The notes below the pieces were generated by a model. That model made no database searches, was not told where the DNA came from, and saw only the letters and a program-made list of their open reading frames with translations. A DNA stretch of 64,000 bases from Terriglobia bacterium (GTDB lineage: Bacteria; Acidobacteriota; Terriglobia; Bryobacterales; UBA6623): positions 348,272 to 412,271 of the forward strand of contig CAWGNS010000009.1 of assembly GCA_963824095.1 (NCBI GenBank). Direction: 5' to 3'. This document shows positions 34,733-42,783 of the stretch, in pieces. The position numbers and the translations under genes are program-made. Position 1 is the first letter of the stretch. The number at the start of each line of letters is the position of its first letter.

Positions 34733-35926
34733 GTGCCGTCTCTACTCAGCGACCTCGGCCCCCTCGAAATCCTCGACATCGCGCTCGTGGCCCTGTTCGC
34801 CTACGTGCTCATCATTTCGATGAAACGTGCCCGGGCCGGCCTCACGCTGGTCGGCATTCTCATGCTGGGCGGCGTCTATCTGGCGGCGCGCGCGATCGGC
34901 CTACAGCTCACCGCCTGGATTCTGCAAGGTTTTTTCGCCGCCATCCTGATCATGCTGGTCGTTCTGTTTCAGCGCGACCTGCGGCAGTTGTTCGAGCGCA
35001 TCGCCGTCTGGACGCTGCGCCGCAACACCGGCGTGTCCACTTCCGACGAGGCCGTGCTCTGCCTGGTCGATGCCCTGCGGACTCTGGCGCGCCGCCGCCA
35101 CGGCGCCCTGCTGGTCCTGCCCGGCAAAGATCCCCTCGACCGCCACATCGAGGGCGGCGTCGAACTGGAGGGCCGCGTCAGCTCGCCGCTGCTGATGAGC
35201 CTGTTCGACCCCGACTCGGTGGGCCACGACGGCGCGGTGATCGTCGACGGCGACACGGTGACGCGCTTCTCGGTGCATCTGCCGCTCTCGCGCGATTTCG
35301 ATCAACTCGGCCAACTCGGCACGCGCCACGCCGCCGCGCTCGGCCTCGCCGAACTCTCCGACGCCTTGTGCCTGGTGGTATCCGAAGAGCGCGGCGAAAT
35401 CTCGGTGGCGCGCAATCACCTGCTGCGCCTGCTGCCGACCCGCGAGGCGCTCGAAGACGAGATCGAGCAATTCGTCCAGACCAAGCGAAGGCCCCCCAAC
35501 GAGGGCCGCTCGCTGATTTCGTTTCTCACGACCAACTGGCTCGAAAAAGCCACCGCCGTGGGCCTGGCGCTGGGACTGTGGGTGGTGTTCGTCTCGGGAG
35601 GGCAGGGCGTCCGCCGCGAGCGTGAAGCCCCGGTGCTGGTCGACAACGTGCCCCCCGCCTTCGAAATCAGCGCCGTGACGCCCAAGCAAGTCCAAGTAAC
35701 CCTTTCGGGGCCGCGCCGCGAATTCTATACCCTCGCCGATACCGACCTCGAAGTTCGCGTCGACGGCTTCCTGGCCGGCTTGGGCCGCAGGACCTTCCGC
35801 ATCGACCCCCAGGACGTCCGCCACCCCGAGGGCCTCACCGTGCTGAGCGTAAGCCCGGCGACCGTCACGTTAACCGTCACCCGAATATCCCCAAGCCAAC
35901 CAACGCCGCCCGCGGCAAGCCCCTGA
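34733..35926 (+). CDS. cdaA: diadenylate cyclase CdaA fused to a C-terminal TM + YbbR(CdaR)-like domain
   Basis: GTG start. Three N-terminal TM helices. DAC domain HGALLVLPG...GHDGAVIV (DGA)...LGTRHAAALGLAELSDALCLVVSEERGEISVA (RHR position reads RHA). Then TM ATAVGLALGLWVVFV and a YbbR-like beta domain (VLVDNVPPAFEISAVTPKQVQVTLSGPRRE...). Confidence 0.8.
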   Translation: MPSLLSDLGPLEILDIALVALFAYVLIISMKRARAGLTLVGILMLGGVYLAARAIGLQLTAWILQGFFAAILIMLVVLFQRDLRQLFERIAVWTLRRNTGVSTSDEAVLCLVDALRTLARRRHGALLVLPGKDPLDRHIEGGVELEGRVSSPLLMSLFDPDSVGHDGAVIVDGDTVTRFSVHLPLSRDFDQLGQLGTRHAAALGLAELSDALCLVVSEERGEISVARNHLLRLLPTREALEDEIEQFVQTKRRPPNEGRSLISFLTTNWLEKATAVGLALGLWVVFVSGGQGVRREREAPVLVDNVPPAFEISAVTPKQVQVTLSGPRREFYTLADTDLEVRVDGFLAGLGRRTFRIDPQDVRHPEGLTVLSVSPATVTLTVTRISPSQPTPPAASP

Positions 35927-35936
35927 GCGGCCCCAT

Positions 35937-35982
35937 GTAGGGTAGGCGCTCGCGCCTGCCGCGCCGGAAGCGGCGCCCGCCC
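35937..35982 (+). repeat. repeat family F copy
   Basis: gtagggtaggcgctcgcgcctgccgcgccg + gaagcggcgcccgcc. The 30-nt core is identical to 36533-36562. Confidence 0.85.
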
Positions 35983-36150
35983 CGGCCCAAGTCCACGCGG
36001 GAAGGGACAGTTCGCCGGTGTTTCGCCATCGATTGTTGAGCCGCTGGCGGGCGATTGGTGGGGAGCGGAGCAAGGCTTACAGTATTCGAGGGCTTCGGCC
36101 GCCGGGCAACGAATCGCTTTTTCGCTGCCTGGGCCATCCCAGCGATCACG

Positions 36151-36507
36151 TCACCCCAGCACCCATCGCCAAATCTCGGCGACAAGGCCCACCACAAACA
36201 GCGTCCCGAAGATCGCCTTGTTGTGCCGCGCAATGAACACCGGAAGATAGATATCGAAGTTATCGGAGCGGTCGTCGGTAAACCGCGCCGCAAGATCGGT
36301 AAGCGGGCAGCGGCCTCGATGGAACGCCAGCACCGCGCATTCCATCAAAACGAACGAGGTAAGAATCGCGGCCAAATCCAGAAGCCCCCGCCAGGCCAAG
36401 AAAGGCAGAGCCACAATACACCCCGCAAAGAAAGCCCAGATCACCGTATGCAGAAGCCGAATAGCAACAAGCGCCACAACGCGATTATCGCGCAGCGAAA
36501 AATGCAA
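36151..36507 (-). CDS. small membrane protein (CPLT-motif, DUF2784-like?)
   Basis: 3' part of ORF 36151..36900(-). The upstream part of that ORF runs through repeats F and G, so a TTG (36507) or GTG (36477) start is assumed. Hydrophobic helices (VVALVAIRLLHTVIWAFFAGCIVALPFLAW, LDLAAILTSFVLMECAVLAF), RCPLTDL. Confidence 0.4.
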   Translation of the reverse strand: MHFSLRDNRVVALVAIRLLHTVIWAFFAGCIVALPFLAWRGLLDLAAILTSFVLMECAVLAFHRGRCPLTDLAARFTDDRSDNFDIYLPVFIARHNKAIFGTLFVVGLVAEIWRWVLG

Positions 36508-36532
36508 TGCGGCGTGCCAATGGAAAGCGATA

Positions 36533-36578
36533 GTAGGGTAGGCGCTCGCGCCTGCCGCGCCGCAAACCGGCGCCCGCC
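36533..36578 (+). repeat. repeat family F copy
   Basis: gtagggtaggcgctcgcgcctgccgcgccg + caaaccggcgcccgcc. Direct repeat of 35937. Confidence 0.85.
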
Positions 36579-36582
36579 TTTG

Positions 36583-36614
36583 CCGATCAACCGATCGACG
36601 GATCAACCGGCTCA
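36583..36614 (+). repeat. repeat family G: 8-bp tandem array CCGATCAA-like x4
   Basis: ccgatcaa ccgatcga cggatcaa ccggctca. Lies 75-100 nt upstream of the + strand gene starting 36689/36713. Confidence 0.75.
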
Positions 36615-36688
36615 TTCTTGAGCCCCCCGCGCGTTGCGGGCCGCCGCGCGTTCGGCTTACACTCGGGCGCTGGGTTCGACGAACCAGG

Positions 36689-38476
36689 ATGTCGACGAAC
36701 GGGGGTAGGGCCATGGTCCAACGAATGTGCTTGCCTGCGCCGCGAGCCGCGGCCGCACGCGGCGTCGCGGCGATCGTCGCGGTTTTCTTTGCGGTATTGC
36801 TTGGCGCCCAGCCGGCTCCGCAGCCAGCCCCGCAACAGGCCGCGCGCGCGCAGCCCGAGCCTCCGGCGCCGCCCGCCGACGTATCGGTCGAGGCCGACAT
36901 CGACTACTCCAATGTCGGCGGCCGCATGCAGATGGACGTTGTCCGCCCGCTGCGCGGCAATGGCCCCTTCCCGGCCGTGGTCTGCATCCATGGCGGCGGC
37001 TTCCGCGCCGGCACGCGGCAGAGTTTTCTGCCCATCGCCTACTACCTGGCGCAGCACGGCTACGTCGCTGCCACGGTGACTTACCGCCTCAGCCCGATGA
37101 ATCAGTTTCCCGCGCCGGTCGAGGACGTCAAGGCCGCGGTGCGCTTTCTGCGCGCCAACGCCGCGCGCTTCGATGTCGACCCCGATCGTATCGGCACGGT
37201 CGGCGGCTCGGCGGGCGCCCATCTGGCGTTGATGCTCGGCGTCACGGGCGGCGTGGCCGAATTCGAGGGCTCGGGCCCGAATCTCGATCGCTCCAGCCGC
37301 GTCCAGGCCGTGGTGAGTCTCTATGGGCCGACCGATTTCACCAAGTCCTACGAGCCGGGCAAGAGCGTCGACGCAGCCGAGGTGCTGCCGATGTTTCTGG
37401 GCGGCGATCTCGAGCACAACCGACCGGCGCATCTGCGCGCCAGTCCGCTCTTTTGGGTGAGCCCCGACAGCGCGCCGACACTGGCCGTCCACGGCACCAA
37501 GGACAACTACGTCGCCTATGAGCAGGCCGTGTGGATAACCGAGCGTCTGGAGGCGGCCGGCGTCCCCACCAAACTCGAAACGATCGAAGGCGCCGGCCAC
37601 GGTTTTCACGGCGCTGATCTCGAACGGGCCAAGACGGCGATGCTGGCCTGGTTCGACGAATATCTGGCGCCGCGCTCCACCCAACGCTTGTTGCTGGTCG
37701 CCGATCACGGTCCGCGGGGTGAAATCGTCGCGCTCGACTGGCCCTCGGGCCGCGAGCGCTGGACGCTGCCCAATAACCACGGCCACGACGTACAGCTTCT
37801 ACCCAACGGCCACGTCCTCTACACCACCGGCGACTGGCGCCGCGTCGTCGAGGTCGATCCGCGCAAGATCGGCGGCGGAAACGAAGAGGTCTGGAGCTAT
37901 GGCCTCGCCGAGGGCCTCAAACATCCGGTCGCCGCCGAACGCCTCTCGAATGGCAACACCGTCATCGGCGACATGGAACTCGGCGAAGTCATCGAGGTGG
38001 ACGCGGCGGGCAAGATGGTCTGGGAATACAAGAACCCCGAGATGGCCGGACATCGCATGCGCAGCGTGCGGCGCACCGCCGAAGGCACCACCTTGATTGC
38101 GATCGAGCGGCTCAATAAGGTGATCGAGGTCGACCCCGGCGGCAAGATCATCTGGACCTTCCACGCCACCGGCGGCGACGAGCGCTTTCCCTACCAGGCG
38201 CATCGGCTCCCCAACGGCAACACGCTGATCGGCATGGCCGCGCCCGGCGAAGTCGTCGAAGTGGCCCCCGACGGCAAGATCGTGCGCTCGGTCGGCGGCC
38301 TCAACGACGCGCTGCGCATGGCCTGGTGCTCGGGGCTCGAGCCTCTCCCGGGAGGAGGCTTTATCGTTTCGGATTACACCGGCAGGCGCTTGCTCGAATT
38401 CGATCCAGACTGGAAAATCGTTCACGAACTGCGTATGGGCCCACGCACCATAGCCAGCGTGTCGCTGATCCCCTAG
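36689..38476 (+). CDS. alpha/beta hydrolase (esterase/lipase-like) fused to a C-terminal beta-propeller domain
   Basis: Start ATG 36689 or 36713. Signal-like segment. HGGGF oxyanion motif (CIHGGGFRAG), GGSAGA nucleophile elbow, HGTKD, GAGHGF. C-terminal ~260 aa with repeated ..G..VIEVD..GKIVW.. blades. Confidence 0.75.
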   Translation: MSTNGGRAMVQRMCLPAPRAAAARGVAAIVAVFFAVLLGAQPAPQPAPQQAARAQPEPPAPPADVSVEADIDYSNVGGRMQMDVVRPLRGNGPFPAVVCIHGGGFRAGTRQSFLPIAYYLAQHGYVAATVTYRLSPMNQFPAPVEDVKAAVRFLRANAARFDVDPDRIGTVGGSAGAHLALMLGVTGGVAEFEGSGPNLDRSSRVQAVVSLYGPTDFTKSYEPGKSVDAAEVLPMFLGGDLEHNRPAHLRASPLFWVSPDSAPTLAVHGTKDNYVAYEQAVWITERLEAAGVPTKLETIEGAGHGFHGADLERAKTAMLAWFDEYLAPRSTQRLLLVADHGPRGEIVALDWPSGRERWTLPNNHGHDVQLLPNGHVLYTTGDWRRVVEVDPRKIGGGNEEVWSYGLAEGLKHPVAAERLSNGNTVIGDMELGEVIEVDAAGKMVWEYKNPEMAGHRMRSVRRTAEGTTLIAIERLNKVIEVDPGGKIIWTFHATGGDERFPYQAHRLPNGNTLIGMAAPGEVVEVAPDGKIVRSVGGLNDALRMAWCSGLEPLPGGGFIVSDYTGRRLLEFDPDWKIVHELRMGPRTIASVSLIP

Positions 38477-38497
38477 CCGGGCTCAGACCCTAGCCAA

Positions 38498-38575
38498 GCA
38501 CAGAGGCACGACCGGCCACCGTGGCGTGAACCTCCAGGTTTGCGCCGTCCCGAGTCATCGGGACGTAGGGCCAGC
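38498..38575 (-). repeat. repeat family A copy 3 (hairpin variant)
   Basis: gcacagaggcacgaccggccaccgtggcgtgaacctccaggtttgcgccGTCCCGAgtcaTCGGGACgtagggccagc. The stem carries a paired G>C / C>G change relative to copies 1, 2 and 4. Confidence 0.85.
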
Positions 38576-38689
38576 AACGACATCCGCCTGGGTAACCGCA
38601 CGAACGCCAGGGAGGGGTCCAAGGGAATCAGCGGCGGGGTTTGCCGCCGGCGCGTACCGGCTCGCGCAACTGGCCTGGTGACGCAGGCA

Positions 38690-38726
38690 GCCGGCGGGCT
38701 TCCGCCCGCGGTTCTGTTTTCGCGGG
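38690..38726 (-). repeat. repeat family D copy
   Basis: gccggcgggcttccgcccgcggttctgttttcgcggg. Confidence 0.65.
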
Positions 38727-38873
38727 CCTTGCTTGCGGGGAGTCTTTTTCGAATTGCCGTTTCGAGGGCGGGCACTTCCCGTGGGCCAAGCGAAGCTAGC
38801 CATCGGGAAGCAAAGGCCAGGCTAACCGGGGTCGGCGAGAAACCAGGCGAATCGGAGCAAGCGAGTCAAACCG

Positions 38874-39167
38874 TCAGCGCGGAGACGGCTCTTCGAGGCG
38901 CTCTTCGGGGAAACAGGTTTGCACGGCGGCGGCCGCTTCGCCGTAGATTCTCTTCGCTTCGTCGTTGTCGCCGATGGAGGACAGAAGGTATTTGCGCAGT
39001 GCGCCGCAGCGGGTTTCCGCCCGGCCACTTCCCAGCCCGCCATCGCGGGTTCTGGCAAACCAAACTCTCACGCCGTCCAACTCGCCGCGGCCGATGCGGA
39101 TATCGTGATAGCCCTGAATGCCCGACACGATGACCGATTCATCGGAGAGTACTTCACAATTGACCAT
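38874..39167 (-). CDS. hypothetical protein (orphan, locally lower GC)
   Basis: 97-aa ORF MVNCEVLSDESVIVSGIQGYHDIRIGRGELDGVRVWFARTRDG...KYLLSSIGDNDEAKRIYGEAAAAVQ. Composition is non-shadow-like, no recognised family, no clear SD. Confidence 0.35.
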   Translation of the reverse strand: MVNCEVLSDESVIVSGIQGYHDIRIGRGELDGVRVWFARTRDGGLGSGRAETRCGALRKYLLSSIGDNDEAKRIYGEAAAAVQTCFPEERLEEPSPR

Positions 39168-39609
39168 GTGGTTTTATTGTACGCCCTGTCGCAGGCCGCC
39201 GGGTATCGACTGTGTCGACCCTCACCACAGTGCCCATGTCCTCCGGTGACGCCGTGGCCCTCGAGCGGCGCGGGCCTCCGGCCGGCGGCGGCGAGCCGAA
39301 GGTCGACGTTTCCGATCGAGGTATCGGCTCCGGGTTCGGCTTCCAGGTTCGCAGTCCGTGTTCACCGTCGAGATGCCTGCGAGATTCTGGCTGATTGATT
39401 GTGCCGGGAACGTCGGCGTGCAGGCCGACGCTGCCGGCTGGAAGGCCGCGCCACGGGTGGCGGGAAGCCCTTGCCTCTGGAGGCTGGAAGCCCACGTCTC
39501 TGCAAGAGCCAGGAGCCCGCTCCGCAGGCCACTACTCCTGGGCAGTACAATGGAACGGGCCGCCGGGGTCTCGCTGTGAAGAGACCCAGAGCTTGATGTG
39601 GAGAAGTCG

Positions 39610-40605
39610 ATGAAGCGAACCGTAGTTTGGACCGTTTGTTTTCTGGTTGCCGCCGTGTTTGGCGCGCGCAGCCTGCGCAGCGCCGGCGGCGCCGAGGCCG
39701 TCGCGTTCCACCGCAGCGGCGAGACGATCGACATCCTCGTGGGCGGCAAGCCCTTCACGACCTATCACTTTGAGAGCGAGGTCGCAAAGCCCTATTTTCA
39801 GCCGCTGCGCAGCGCCCAGGGCACCTCGGTTTCGCGCGAGTTTCCGATCGTCAACACGATCCCGCCCGAGCATCTCCACGACAAGAGCATCGAGCCGCAT
39901 CAGCGGGGGATGTATTTCGGCCACGGCAACATCGACGGCGTGGATTTCTGGGGCGAGGAGACATTCTCACACAACAGCGAAGGCACGGTGTTTGGACGAG
40001 CCGTTCTGCTCAAGATCGACGAGCCGCAGGGCGGGCCCGACCACGGCGTGCTGCGGGCCAGCTTCAACCTCGTCGAACCGGGCGGACGCGTCCTGGCCGA
40101 AGAGGACCAGACCTACACCATTCGCGGCGACGAGAACTCGCGCATCATCGATTGCGAAATCACGTTGATCGCCACCGGTGGCTCCGATCTCACGATCGGC
40201 GATTCGAAAGAGGGCACCTTCGGTCTGCGCCTGGGACCGGAACTGAACGCGCCTCCGGGCCACATCGTCAATTCGGAAGGAGCGCGCGACGCCAAAGTCT
40301 GGGGGCAGCGCGCCGACTGGGTGGACTACTACGGAACGGTGGCGGGAGAAAATCTCGGCGTCGCCATTTTCGATAGCCCGAAGAGTTTCCGGCACCCCAC
40401 CTATTGGCACGCCAGGACTTACGGCCTGGCGGCCGCTAACCCCTTCGGTATCCGCGAGTTCACGAACGATCCCCAGCAGGACGGCAGTTGGACCGTACCC
40501 CAGAAAAAGTCGATCACCTTCCGCTACCGGGTCATCATTCACCACGGCGACACGGAGCAGGCCGGCATCGCCAATGCCTATTTGCAGTATGCGGAGGGCG
40601 AGTAG
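39610..40605 (+). CDS. DUF6807 (PmoA-family) domain protein, secreted
   Basis: ORF 39598(GTG)..40605. ATG 39610 preferred (GGAGAAG 5 nt upstream). Signal peptide. GGKPFTTYHFESEVAKPYFQPL, GVDFWGEE, GDSKEGTFGLRL, WGQRADWVDYYG, FRHPTYWHARTYGLAAANPFG. Confidence 0.75.
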   Translation: MKRTVVWTVCFLVAAVFGARSLRSAGGAEAVAFHRSGETIDILVGGKPFTTYHFESEVAKPYFQPLRSAQGTSVSREFPIVNTIPPEHLHDKSIEPHQRGMYFGHGNIDGVDFWGEETFSHNSEGTVFGRAVLLKIDEPQGGPDHGVLRASFNLVEPGGRVLAEEDQTYTIRGDENSRIIDCEITLIATGGSDLTIGDSKEGTFGLRLGPELNAPPGHIVNSEGARDAKVWGQRADWVDYYGTVAGENLGVAIFDSPKSFRHPTYWHARTYGLAAANPFGIREFTNDPQQDGSWTVPQKKSITFRYRVIIHHGDTEQAGIANAYLQYAEGE

Positions 40606-40621
40606 CCACCCCGCCAACGCA

Positions 40622-40685
40622 CCCGAAGCGGGACGCGGCAAAGCGGGAGGTTCACGCCACGGGCAACCGGTCTGGCTTCGGGTGC
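40622..40685 (+). repeat. repeat family A partial copy 5
   Basis: cccgaagcgggacgcggcaaagcgggaggttcacgccacgggc...gcttcgggtg. Fills the gap between two convergent stops. Confidence 0.6.
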
Positions 40686-42769
40686 TACTCGCCCTTCAGC
40701 AGCCCTTTCGCCGTGGCCACCACCAAATCCGGCTCGAACCCAAACTTGGTTTGCAGCTCTTTGAGCGGGGCCGACGCTCCAAACGTGTGCATGCCGATGA
40801 CGCGGCCCGCGTCACCGACATAACGCTCCCACCCGAACGTCGAGGCCTGCTCGATCGCCACGCGGGCTTTCACCTTGCGCGGCAGCACGCTCTCGCGGTA
40901 GTCGGCCGGCTGGCGGTCGAAGATATCCCAGGAGGGCATCGACACCACGCGCGAACGCACGCCGCCGGCGGTCAGCTTTTCGTGGGCGTCGGCCGCCAGA
41001 CTCAGCTCGCTGCCCGTGGCGATCAAGATTACCTCGGGGTCGGCGCCCGGGGCGTCGGCCAGCACGTAGGCGCCGCGAGCCACGCCCGACGCCGGCGCGT
41101 ACTTATTGCGGTCGAGCGTTGGCAGCGCCTGCCGCGAAAGCACCAGCGCCGCCGGTTGATGCCGCAGTTGCAGGATGTAGCGGTAAGCCTCGACGACTTC
41201 GTTGGCGTCGCCGGGGCGCAGCAGGACCAGACCGGGGATGGCGCGCAGCGAAGCGAGCTGTTCCACCGGCTGGTGGGTGGGGCCGTCTTCGCCGTCGCCC
41301 ATCGCGTCGTGGGTGAATACGAAAATCGTGGGCAGCTCCATCAGCGCCGAAAGCCGGATCGCCGGCCGAGCATAGTCGCTGAAGATGAAAAACGTCGCGC
41401 CGTAGGCCCGCAGCTTCGACAGCGACATGCCGTTGACCACCGCCGCCATGGCGTGCTCGCGGATGCCGAAGTGCAGGTTCTTGCCGCCGGGGCTGTCGGG
41501 CTCGAAATCGCCGGCGCCGTCGTAGGTCAACAGCGTGCGGTTCGAGGGCCCCAGGTCGGCCGAGCCGCCCAGCAGCCATGGCACGTTCTGCGCCAGAACG
41601 TTGAGCGCCTTGCTCGAAGCGTCGCGGCCGGCCAGGCCCTTGGGGTCGGCGGGAAACGCCGGCAGGTTGCGGTCCCAGCCGTCGGGCAACTCGCGTCGCT
41701 GCATGCGGTCGATCTCGCCGGCCAGCTCGGGATATTTGCCGCGGTATTCAGCGAACTGCGCTGTCCAGTTTTCGCGGGCCCGGGCGCCGCGCTTGCCGAC
41801 GCCGTCGGCGAAATGCTCGTAGACGCCGTCGGGAACCAGGAACTGAGCATCCTCGGGCCAGCCGTAGCTGCGTTTGGTGAGGCGGACCTCCTCGTCGCCC
41901 AGCGGCTCGCCGTGGGCCGCCGCCGTATCCTGCTTGTTCGGAGAGCCGTAGCCGATGTGGCTGTCGAGAATGATCAGCGTGGGGCGAGCCGTGGTTTCGC
42001 GGAAAACTTTCAGCGCGTGGCCGATGCGGTCGATATCGTTGGCGTCGCCGACGCGCAGCACGTTCCAGCCGTAGCCGAGAAAGCGCGCGGCGACGTCTTC
42101 GGTGAAGGTGATGCTCGTGTTGCCTTCAATGGTGATGTGGTTGTTGTCGTAGATCCAGCAGAGGCTGTCGAGGCGCAGGTGGCCGGCCAGCGAGGCGGCT
42201 TCGGACGCAACGCCCTCCATCAGGCAGCCGTCGCCGCACACGGCGTAGACGTTGTAGTCGAATACGGCGAACTCGGCCCGGTTGTAGCGGTGCGCCAGCC
42301 ATTTTTGGGCGAGGGCCATGCCGACACTGGTAGCGACACCCTGGCCGAGCGGCCCGGTAGTCGTCTCGACGCCCGAAACCCAGTGGTACTCGGGGTGGCC
42401 GGGCGCCTTGCTGTCGAGCTGCCGGAAGTGGCGAATATCGTCGAGCGTCACCGAGGGCTGCCCCAGCCGCTCGTAATCGGCGTTGACGGCCTGCGTGCGC
42501 GTCAGGTGGAGCACCGACCACAGCAGCATCGAGGCGTGGCCGTTCGACAGCACGAAGCGGTCGCGATTGGGCCAGATGGGGTCCCGCGGATCGAACCGCA
42601 TCTCGCGGTTCCACAGCGTGTAGACAAGCGGCGCAAGCGCCATTGGCGTGCCGGGGTGCCCCGACTTCGCCTTCTGCACGGCATCGATCGACAGCGTCCG
42701 GATCGTATTGATACAGAGCTGGTCGAGGTCGACGGTGGTCGCGGTTTCCGCAAGCTCTCCGACGCTCAT
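40685..42769 (-). CDS. tkt: transketolase
   Basis: ORF 40685..42898(-), start ATG 42769 (MSVGELAE). SGHPGTPMALAP, RDRFVLSNGHASMLLW, GPLGQG, GDGCLMEG, FTHDAMGDGEDGPTHQPVE. Confidence 0.95.
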   Translation of the reverse strand: MSVGELAETATTVDLDQLCINTIRTLSIDAVQKAKSGHPGTPMALAPLVYTLWNREMRFDPRDPIWPNRDRFVLSNGHASMLLWSVLHLTRTQAVNADYERLGQPSVTLDDIRHFRQLDSKAPGHPEYHWVSGVETTTGPLGQGVATSVGMALAQKWLAHRYNRAEFAVFDYNVYAVCGDGCLMEGVASEAASLAGHLRLDSLCWIYDNNHITIEGNTSITFTEDVAARFLGYGWNVLRVGDANDIDRIGHALKVFRETTARPTLIILDSHIGYGSPNKQDTAAAHGEPLGDEEVRLTKRSYGWPEDAQFLVPDGVYEHFADGVGKRGARARENWTAQFAEYRGKYPELAGEIDRMQRRELPDGWDRNLPAFPADPKGLAGRDASSKALNVLAQNVPWLLGGSADLGPSNRTLLTYDGAGDFEPDSPGGKNLHFGIREHAMAAVVNGMSLSKLRAYGATFFIFSDYARPAIRLSALMELPTIFVFTHDAMGDGEDGPTHQPVEQLASLRAIPGLVLLRPGDANEVVEAYRYILQLRHQPAALVLSRQALPTLDRNKYAPASGVARGAYVLADAPGADPEVILIATGSELSLAADAHEKLTAGGVRSRVVSMPSWDIFDRQPADYRESVLPRKVKARVAIEQASTFGWERYVGDAGRVIGMHTFGASAPLKELQTKFGFEPDLVVATAKGLLKGE

Positions 42770-42783
42770 GGTTTTCCTTTCGA

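Noticed and set aside
39610-40605. PmoA-family name could suggest methane monooxygenase
   Set aside because: The protein is a soluble, signal-peptide-bearing DUF6807-type protein with no pmoB/pmoC neighbours. The family name is historical, so no methanotrophy claim is justified.
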